Shown here one piece after another: positions 25,591 through 32,000 of a DNA stretch of 32,000 bases. Below the pieces are notes generated by a model. The model made no database searches. It was not told the origin of the DNA and saw nothing but the letters and a program-made list of their open reading frames with translations. Each line of letters starts with the position of its first letter. Positions within the stretch are counted from its first letter, which is position 1. This stretch comes from Patescibacteria group bacterium (GTDB lineage: Bacteria; Patescibacteriota; Patescibacteriia; 2-01-FULL-39-33): positions 30,001 through 62,000 of the forward strand of contig JBAZMW010000003.1 of the NCBI GenBank assembly GCA_041649575.1, written 5' to 3'. A program made the translations under genes and the position numbers.

Positions 25591-26007
25591 ATGGAGTACC
25601 AATTACAGCTTAAGCCGTTCATAAGAAAAGACGGCCAAAAGTATAAAATTATTCAACTAACTGATATCGCCCTGCATACCGCCAAAAAGCAGGCCACTCG
25701 TTCGATTGGCAAAAAAATTAAGGAATTATTCGACTTTAAAAAACCCATACGAATTTACTCCCCTATTCAGTTGAATAAGCAAGGGAATCAGACTGATAAA
25801 AATTCTTTTACAGTTGAGGTATTACGACAAGATCCTGATTTTCAAGAAATGGTTAGAAATCAAGAAGCAAATGGATACAAAATATTATTAGAAGTGTCAA
25901 AGGGCGGAATTCCGGTTGTTATGGGAAAAGATACTCAGGTATTTATAAAAAGCAAGAACGGCCAGCGGATACTCCGAAAATTTGCCAAAAATGATGATCA
26001 GCGATAA
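25591..26007 (+). CDS. Hypothetical protein (138 aa), divergent from lexA-like gene
   Basis: Open frame with TATACT -10 at 25579-25584 only 6 nt before ATG (leaderless arrangement). Confidence 0.6.
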   Translation: MEYQLQLKPFIRKDGQKYKIIQLTDIALHTAKKQATRSIGKKIKELFDFKKPIRIYSPIQLNKQGNQTDKNSFTVEVLRQDPDFQEMVRNQEANGYKILLEVSKGGIPVVMGKDTQVFIKSKNGQRILRKFAKNDDQR

Positions 26008-26066
26008 AATTTAATCACAAAATTTTCTGCGTAGTAAAAAGTAGAATAGCTATCGCCCTTAAAGCC

Positions 26067-26140
26067 ATGCCTATTCCGCGCAAGAAATAGTTTGAAGTTT
26101 TTCAACTTCGACTGTTTCGTGTGTGGAATAGGCATTTTTG
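26067..26140 (+). other. Long near-perfect hairpin (~33 bp stem, TTTC loop) followed by TTTTTG; terminator or structured RNA
   Basis: atgcctattccgcgcaagaaatagtttgaagttTTTCaacttcgactgtttcgtgtgtggaataggcat; one mismatch, one bulge, several G-U pairs. Confidence 0.75.
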
Positions 26141-26180
26141 TTTATATATATATTTTATAAATTAATAATTAACAAATTGT

Positions 26181-27449
26181 ATGAAAAAACTACAATGGCA
26201 CACAGCGCAAAAACGGGTCAACGACCTTATCCCCTACGAGGTCAACCCACGAGTCATCACCGACAAGCAAATGTCGGATCTTCAAAGCAGTCTTAAAAAA
26301 TACAATCTGGTAGAAATCCCAGCCGTTGACACTGGCGGAACCATTCTTGCGGGTCATCAGCGAATCAAAGCGCTTCAGCTTCTTGGTCGAGGCGATGAGT
26401 TAATCGATGTGCGAGTTCCCAATCGTAAGCTGACTAAAAGCGAATCAAAACAATACTTGATCGCTTCCAATAAGCTCGGCGGTGACTGGGATTATGATCT
26501 GCTGAAATCATTTGATTTGGAGACTCTGTCATTTGCGGGATTTGACAGTATTGAGCTGTCAAAATTTTGGGATAAAGAAAACGAAACTAAAACCGATTCA
26601 TTCGATGTTGAAAAAGAACTGAAAAAAATCATAAAACCCAAAACAAAACTTGGCGACATTATTTGCCTGGGAAAAAACAAAATTATCTGTGGAGATTCAA
26701 CCGATCAAAAAACACTAATCAAACTGCTCGGCGACGAAAAGGTTTCAATGATTTATTCTGACCCCGTCTATAATATCCAAATTGATTATAACGGCGGAAT
26801 TGGCGGCGATAAAGACTATGGCGGTAACGTCAATGATTCACGGACATTTGAAGAATACAAGCAGTTTATTACCGACAGCCTGAAATCCGCCCTTGCCGTG
26901 TCAAATCCCGACACCCATGTCTTTTACTACTGCGATCAAATATATATCGGACTGATTCAGGAAGTCTATCTATCGCTTGGGATAAATAATAAGCGGGTTT
27001 GCCTGTGGCTGAAAAATTCGCAAAACCCCGTGCCAAAAGTATTTTGCAATAAAGCCTATGAGCCAGCCGTGTATGGCGTCCGGGGAAAACCATATCTGGC
27101 CGAATCAATAACGGACTTAAACGAAGTAATGAATAAAGAATTTGGCACGGGAAACGAACTTATTGACCAAGTTGATAGTTTTCTTGAAATTTGGACGGCA
27201 AAACGCTTATCAGCCAAAGATTACGAACATGCCACCTCTAAACCCATAACCCTGCATGAAAAAGCGATAAAACGATGTACCAAGATTGGCGATATTATCC
27301 TTGATAGCTTTCTGGGCTCGGGCAGTACCCTGCTTGCGGGCGAACAATTGGGCAGGCGTGTGTATGGTTGCGAATTAGAGCCAAGGTTTTGTGACCTGAT
27401 AGTTAAACGCTATGAAGCGTTTACGGGCGTTAAAGCAATAATTAAATAA
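26181..27449 (+). CDS. ParB-like N-terminal domain fused to DNA (adenine-N6/cytosine-N4) methyltransferase
   Basis: VNPRVITDKQMSDLQSSLKKYNLVEIPAVDTGGTILAGHQRIKALQLLG (ParB/Srx), MIYSDPVYNIQ and ILDSFLGSGSTLLAGEQLGRRVYGCELEP (MTase motifs IV and I). Confidence 0.92.
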   Translation: MKKLQWHTAQKRVNDLIPYEVNPRVITDKQMSDLQSSLKKYNLVEIPAVDTGGTILAGHQRIKALQLLGRGDELIDVRVPNRKLTKSESKQYLIASNKLGGDWDYDLLKSFDLETLSFAGFDSIELSKFWDKENETKTDSFDVEKELKKIIKPKTKLGDIICLGKNKIICGDSTDQKTLIKLLGDEKVSMIYSDPVYNIQIDYNGGIGGDKDYGGNVNDSRTFEEYKQFITDSLKSALAVSNPDTHVFYYCDQIYIGLIQEVYLSLGINNKRVCLWLKNSQNPVPKVFCNKAYEPAVYGVRGKPYLAESITDLNEVMNKEFGTGNELIDQVDSFLEIWTAKRLSAKDYEHATSKPITLHEKAIKRCTKIGDIILDSFLGSGSTLLAGEQLGRRVYGCELEPRFCDLIVKRYEAFTGVKAIIK

Positions 27450-27450
27450 T

Positions 27451-27861
27451 ATGAAAAAGAATAAACTTCAAGACCAACTTTTTGAAGAGTTGGCAAAAGT
27501 ACCCATCGTTCAGGTAGCCTGCGAAAAGACCGGCATTTCCCGAAACAGCGTCTACCGTTGGCGCAAGGAAGATCCCGCTTTCGCAAAAAAAATGGACAAG
27601 GCACTGTCAGATGGCGTAGCGTTGGTAAATGACATGAGTGAAAGTCAGTTGTTAATAATGATCAAAGAAAAAAATTGGTCGGCAATCAGCTTCTGGCTAA
27701 AACACCGAAACGACAATTACAAAAATAAGATTGAGATAACAACCAAAGAAGATTCTGAGGCGCTGACCCCATCGCAAGCCAAAATTGTAAGACAGGCTCT
27801 AAAATTGGCTGCCATTACTGAAGCCAAATCAATAAAGAATATTAATGACAAAACAGTATGA
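27451..27861 (+). CDS. Phage terminase small subunit-like (phBC6A51-type HTH) protein
   Basis: FEELAKVPIVQVACEKTGISRNSVYRWRKEDPAFAKKMDKAL...; stop overlaps TerL start. Confidence 0.75.
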   Translation: MKKNKLQDQLFEELAKVPIVQVACEKTGISRNSVYRWRKEDPAFAKKMDKALSDGVALVNDMSESQLLIMIKEKNWSAISFWLKHRNDNYKNKIEITTKEDSEALTPSQAKIVRQALKLAAITEAKSIKNINDKTV

Positions 27862-29342
27862 ATAAAATCATCGGATCTAACCTTGTGAATAAAATGATGA
27901 AGGATAGACTCATTAGAACGTCAATCACCAAAGATAGTTTTCTCTACTTTTTTCATTTTTACTATGCCCACTACGTAAAATACGAAACCGCTGATTTCCA
28001 AAAGGAAATTATTAATAATCTTGAAAAAAGTTCGACTGAAAATATGTACGTCGTTGCCTTTCGGGGTTCAGGCAAGTCAACCATGGTGACAACCGCCTAC
28101 CCGATCTGGGCAATGTTAGGAAAACAGCAAAAGAAATTTTGTTTGATTTTCTGCCAAACACGGACGCAGGCGAAGCAGCACATGATGAATATTCGGGGTG
28201 AACTTGAAGGTAACGACCTCTTAAAGAAAGATTTGGGCCCTTTTCAGGAGCAAAGCGATGAATGGGGTTCATATTCGCTTGTGTTTAACAAAAGCGGCGC
28301 CCGTATTACTGTGGCGTCAACTGAACAAAGCATCCGAGGCATTAGGCACAACGAACATCGGCCGGATTTAATAATCTGTGACGACGTTGAAGACGTCCAA
28401 TCAACCAAAACTCGCGAGGGCCGGGATAAAACCTACCAATGGCTTTATGGCGAGGTCATGCCCGCTGGAGACCGCAAAACTCGCTTAATAATTGTCGGTA
28501 ATCTTTTACATGAAGATTCCCTGCTAATGCGGATTAAAGACGATATCAAAAATAACCGATCAAAAGGTGTCTTTAAACAGTATCCCCTGCTCGACACTAA
28601 TGATGTTTGTCTATGGCCCGGGAAATATCCCGAAAAAAAAGACATTGAAGAAGAAAAGCTAAAAATTGCTAGCGAAATATCATGGCAACGTGAATACCTG
28701 CTTCGCATTATTCCCAGCGACGATCAGGTTATATACCACGAATGGTTAAATTATTATGACAATTTACCAAGTCAAAAACATATTGCTTATCGGGGCACCT
28801 ACGCTGGCGTGGATTTAGCCATTTCAACTGAAGATTCAGCTGATTTTACCACAATCGTTTCAGCGAGAATATATGGCCGGGCGGAAAAATTAAAAATATA
28901 TATTCTTCCAAATCCCATTATGGAAAAATTGAATTTCCCAGCTCAAGTGGAATTAATGAAAAATTTTAAAGCCACGCAAATGCCAAATTATAGTGATACC
29001 CTATTTGTCGAAAGTGTCTCATATCAAGAAGCTTTGCCGCAAATGTTAGAGTTAAACGGCGTTGATGCGGAATCAATCAAACCAAAGGGCGATAAACGGA
29101 CACGGCTTGCCTTAACATCGACATCAATTAAATCCGGCATCATTAAATTTCCACGACATGGTTGTGAGCGGCTAATTGAGCAGTTAGTGGGCTTCGGCGT
29201 TGAAAAGCATGACGATCTGGCCGATGCTTTTTCATTATTAATTAATTCTACTTTAGACAAGCACGCCCATGAATCAACGTGGTATATGGCTTTCCTGGGT
29301 GGTAAAACCTATTATTATCCTGATTACGTTGACGTGGACTAG
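27858..29342 (+). CDS. Phage terminase large subunit
   Basis: VVAFRGSGKSTMVTTAYPIW (Walker A), PDLIICDDVEDVQ (Walker B), nuclease GVDLAISTEDSADFTT and KHDDLADAFSLL. Confidence 0.93.
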   Translation: MNKIIGSNLVNKMMKDRLIRTSITKDSFLYFFHFYYAHYVKYETADFQKEIINNLEKSSTENMYVVAFRGSGKSTMVTTAYPIWAMLGKQQKKFCLIFCQTRTQAKQHMMNIRGELEGNDLLKKDLGPFQEQSDEWGSYSLVFNKSGARITVASTEQSIRGIRHNEHRPDLIICDDVEDVQSTKTREGRDKTYQWLYGEVMPAGDRKTRLIIVGNLLHEDSLLMRIKDDIKNNRSKGVFKQYPLLDTNDVCLWPGKYPEKKDIEEEKLKIASEISWQREYLLRIIPSDDQVIYHEWLNYYDNLPSQKHIAYRGTYAGVDLAISTEDSADFTTIVSARIYGRAEKLKIYILPNPIMEKLNFPAQVELMKNFKATQMPNYSDTLFVESVSYQEALPQMLELNGVDAESIKPKGDKRTRLALTSTSIKSGIIKFPRHGCERLIEQLVGFGVEKHDDLADAFSLLINSTLDKHAHESTWYMAFLGGKTYYYPDYVDVD

Positions 29343-29434
29343 CGAAAAATAGCAAATGCTATGTAAAAAGATGCCAACAAGTTGCCAACAGGTATAGCTT
29401 AGCAAAACCGCTAATCTCTGGCATCAATGTATAC

Positions 29435-30754
29435 ATGGATACCAACCAAATCTCAGCACTTATAGGCAAGCCTGCCATAGTGCCCATAATTAAGGCTAAA
29501 TACGTCCTGTACGCTCGAAAATCGACCGAACAGGACGAAAGACAAGCCTTATCAATTGAATCTCAGGTCAAAGAAATGCTTGCCATAGCGGAGCGTGAAA
29601 ATCTTGATGTTATCGATATACGGCGTGAAGCCCATTCGGCCAAAGATTCGGGTCAGCGCCCGGTATTTAAAGAAATTTTGGAAGATCTGCGACGAGAGCG
29701 ATTTAACGGCATTTTAGTCTGGCACCCTGATCGCCTAAGCAGAAACGCCGGTGATTTAGGGTCGTTGGTAGATTTAATGGATCAAAGGCTACTAGTCCAA
29801 ATACGTACCTACGGGCAAACTTTCACCAATACGCCAAGCGAGAAATTTTTACTAATGATTTTATGTAGTCAGGCAAAACTGGAAAACGATAATAAAAGCA
29901 TAAACGTAAAGCGTGGCCTAAGGACACGGGTTGAAATGGGGTTATGGCCAGCGACAGCACCGACCGGATATCTCAATGAGAAAAGAATTGACCGAAAAGG
30001 TTATGTTCTCGTTGATCCTGACCGAGCGCCGATTATTAAACAAATGTTTGAAAAAGTCGCCTACGAAAAATGGACTGGCAGAAAATTATACCATTGGCTG
30101 AGATTTGATTTAAATTTCAGAACAGCGGCAGGCGGAAAGCATTTATCGTTGGGCAACATATACGTATTACTACAAAATCATTTTTACTACGGCGTATTTG
30201 AGTACCCGAAAAAAAGTGGCAATTGGTACAATGGCAAACACACTCCAATTATCACCAAGGAGTTATATGACTTGGTTCAAGGACAAGTCAAAAGCCAAAT
30301 TATGAGATCAGAGACTAAGGAGTTTGCGTTTACCAAACTTATAACCTGTGGTTTATGCGGATCAGGGATAACGGCCGATGAAAAATTTAAAAAGCAAAAA
30401 GATGGCAGCGTCCACCGTCATGTTTATTATAAGTGCACAAAATCAAGAGATAAAGATTGTAAGTGCGGATTTATAAATGAGATTGAATTGTTAAAACAGT
30501 TTGAAAAATTAATCAACAAAGTCAGCATAAATGAAATGGGCATGAAAGAAAAAATTAAATATGAAGTTGAAAGAATTAAAAAATTTCAACAATCCATACT
30601 TGGCGTAAAGCAAGATATTAAAATAAAAGACGTAGACATCCGAGACTACGCCAAATTTATTTTAAAGGATGGATCTGTTGAAGAGAAACGAGAATTACTG
30701 AGTTGTTTTAAAAGCAAAATTACTTTACAAAATAAACAAATTTCCCTTCGCTAA
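29435..30754 (+). CDS. Large serine recombinase/integrase
   Basis: YVLYARKSTEQDERQALSIESQ catalytic Ser region, GILVWHPDRLSRN, recombinase domain, zinc ribbon CGLCGSG...YYKC. Confidence 0.93.
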   Translation: MDTNQISALIGKPAIVPIIKAKYVLYARKSTEQDERQALSIESQVKEMLAIAERENLDVIDIRREAHSAKDSGQRPVFKEILEDLRRERFNGILVWHPDRLSRNAGDLGSLVDLMDQRLLVQIRTYGQTFTNTPSEKFLLMILCSQAKLENDNKSINVKRGLRTRVEMGLWPATAPTGYLNEKRIDRKGYVLVDPDRAPIIKQMFEKVAYEKWTGRKLYHWLRFDLNFRTAAGGKHLSLGNIYVLLQNHFYYGVFEYPKKSGNWYNGKHTPIITKELYDLVQGQVKSQIMRSETKEFAFTKLITCGLCGSGITADEKFKKQKDGSVHRHVYYKCTKSRDKDCKCGFINEIELLKQFEKLINKVSINEMGMKEKIKYEVERIKKFQQSILGVKQDIKIKDVDIRDYAKFILKDGSVEEKRELLSCFKSKITLQNKQISLR

Positions 30755-30790
30755 ATTAATTCATATTTAAAATATAATATTTCCCACAAA

Positions 30791-31312
30791 TTATCGAAAT
30801 GTCCACCCACGTTCTTTTGATAATCCTAATAGATCCAAACATCCAACATTATAAGATGAGTCCTTACAAATATTAGGAATGGTCCATTTTGAGGGTTTAA
30901 GACTGACCGTATAGCGTTCTTCGGTAATAATTTTTAATCCTTCATGTTTTGCCTGAGCGATTAGCCAAGGATCTGCATGCACTGAACCGATCTTTGCGTT
31001 AACAAAAGATGAAAATTTTGGTGACATGGTACGTAAAATTTTACCTTCCGCAATTAAATTATAATCCTGAAAAATACTTTTATTTTTTTGTGCCCAATCA
31101 TACAATTCTATACCTTTCTTACCGTCAGTTTTTATCTCTAATAGAACTTCAACATGAGAAATAATTATTCCCTGTTTAATTAAATCTAAAACATTTGCCC
31201 AAAGTCCCGGAGTAACTTCTTTTGATGACCATCCTGTGCCATTAAAAATATCCATCAATGAACTACTATCGATGGTGTATTCAGCAGGCTTTGAAAAAAG
31301 GTCATTAATCAT
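30791..31312 (-). CDS. DUF4411 family (PIN-like) protein
   Basis: YTIDSSSLMDIFN...GIIISHVEVLLEIK...ELYDWAQKNKSIF...ADPWLIAQAKHEGLKIITEER...IPNICKD. Confidence 0.8.
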   Translation of the reverse strand: MINDLFSKPAEYTIDSSSLMDIFNGTGWSSKEVTPGLWANVLDLIKQGIIISHVEVLLEIKTDGKKGIELYDWAQKNKSIFQDYNLIAEGKILRTMSPKFSSFVNAKIGSVHADPWLIAQAKHEGLKIITEERYTVSLKPSKWTIPNICKDSSYNVGCLDLLGLSKERGWTFR

Positions 31313-32000
31313 AGGAATTTAAAACATCTCTAAATCCAGAAATATACCTTCTTTTTAAACCAAGATAATCAGAGACTGTTGAGTAAGAAATTTTATTGTG
31401 ACTATAGGCCTCAATCACTAAAGAGCTAAAAGATTTTCCATTTTTTTGAACAATTGTTTTTAATGAAAAACTGCCACCCGCTTTTCGTTTTGGCATTAAT
31501 GATTTATCCCAAGTTTCAACTTTATCTAAATATATTGATTTTTCAATCAACTTAAAAAATAACATTCTCCTCAATATAACCACTCTACTAACCTTAAAAT
31601 CTATGGCTAATTTTCTGACAATCGAATCAAGATCGTCCGAACTAATCTTATTAATATTTCGTAACAAATAATGATTTAAAAAATCATCCTCGGGAACTAA
31701 AAAATTTGCTGCGAATTTATTACAAAATATTTCGACTTTATTAACGTGACCGTCAACATCATCAAATATTTTAAAATTATTACATAATCCAGTCTCACGT
31801 AATAAAATATGTGCAAACTCATGAGCTAAAGAAAAATTTTTAGCACCCTCATAGTCTTTATTATTTATTAAAATCACATATGGCTTTAAATCAGCGAAAG
31901 AAAAAGCCCTATAGTCCTCCGTGGGGAAAGTATCGTGCAGAACCGCCTTTAAAGTGATCACTCCCGTTGCTTCAATCTTTGACCTAAGGTACTCAAAAAA
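31305..32000 (-). CDS. ImmA/IrrE family metallo-endopeptidase, possibly XRE-ImmA; open at window end
   Basis: AKNFSLAHEFAHILLRETGLC (HExxH), NKVEIFCNKFAANFLVPEDDFL; frame stays open through 32000 upstream of the supplied GTG start; overlaps DUF4411 gene by 8 nt. Confidence 0.85.
   Translation of the reverse strand, partial: FFEYLRSKIEATGVITLKAVLHDTFPTEDYRAFSFADLKPYVILINNKDYEGAKNFSLAHEFAHILLRETGLCNNFKIFDDVDGHVNKVEIFCNKFAANFLVPEDDFLNHYLLRNINKISSDDLDSIVRKLAIDFKVSRVVILRRMLFFKLIEKSIYLDKVETWDKSLMPKRKAGGSFSLKTIVQKNGKSFSSLVIEAYSHNKISYSTVSDYLGLKRRYISGFRDVLNSYD

Noticed and set aside
27410-27604. 64-aa minus ORF over the TerS start
   Set aside because: Antisense to a supported TerS frame, no independent signal.
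30755-30790. Attachment-site core shared with 22949-23289
   Set aside because: Both regions are AT-rich and share only short AATATTTAAAAT-like strings, not distinguishable from chance by eye.
1-32000. CRISPR array or IS element
   Set aside because: No regularly spaced direct repeats and no transposase recognised; the only mobility gene found is the serine recombinase.

Overview
The window looks like a chromosomal segment of a Patescibacteria/CPR-like bacterium; this lineage call is inferred from gene style only. Host-type genes include a 5' end of rarA, uppS, tRNA-Pro(CGG), a SpoU/TrmH methyltransferase, a glycosyltransferase, HU, uvrD/pcrA, a D-Ala-D-Ala peptidase, and many secreted or envelope proteins such as M23 peptidase + Ig + beta-helix, DUF333+Gmad2 and TSP3-repeat proteins. 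Scattered among them are genes with a different signature: strong Shine-Dalgarno sequences, consensus promoters, their own terminators and GC-richer coding. They encode small membrane proteins, an MFS transporter, a triple zinc-ribbon protein and a PilT-like ATPase whose Walker A lysine is replaced by arginine. The right third (about 23.2 kb to the window end) is an accessory mobile region. It has a LexA-like repressor, a ParB-methyltransferase, TerS, TerL and a large serine recombinase, followed by a DUF4411/ImmA-IrrE pair. No portal, capsid or tail genes lie between TerL and the recombinase. The most exciting content is a two-gene operon directly downstream of the LexA-like repressor: a ThsB/MTH538-type TIR protein followed, one base after its stop codon, by a caspase-like protease. 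This matches the TIR-caspase (type IV Thoeris-like) defence architecture. I also report a ~33-bp intergenic hairpin, overlapping divergent operator/near-leaderless promoters, and an unannotated ~200-nt transcription unit with a perfect consensus promoter.
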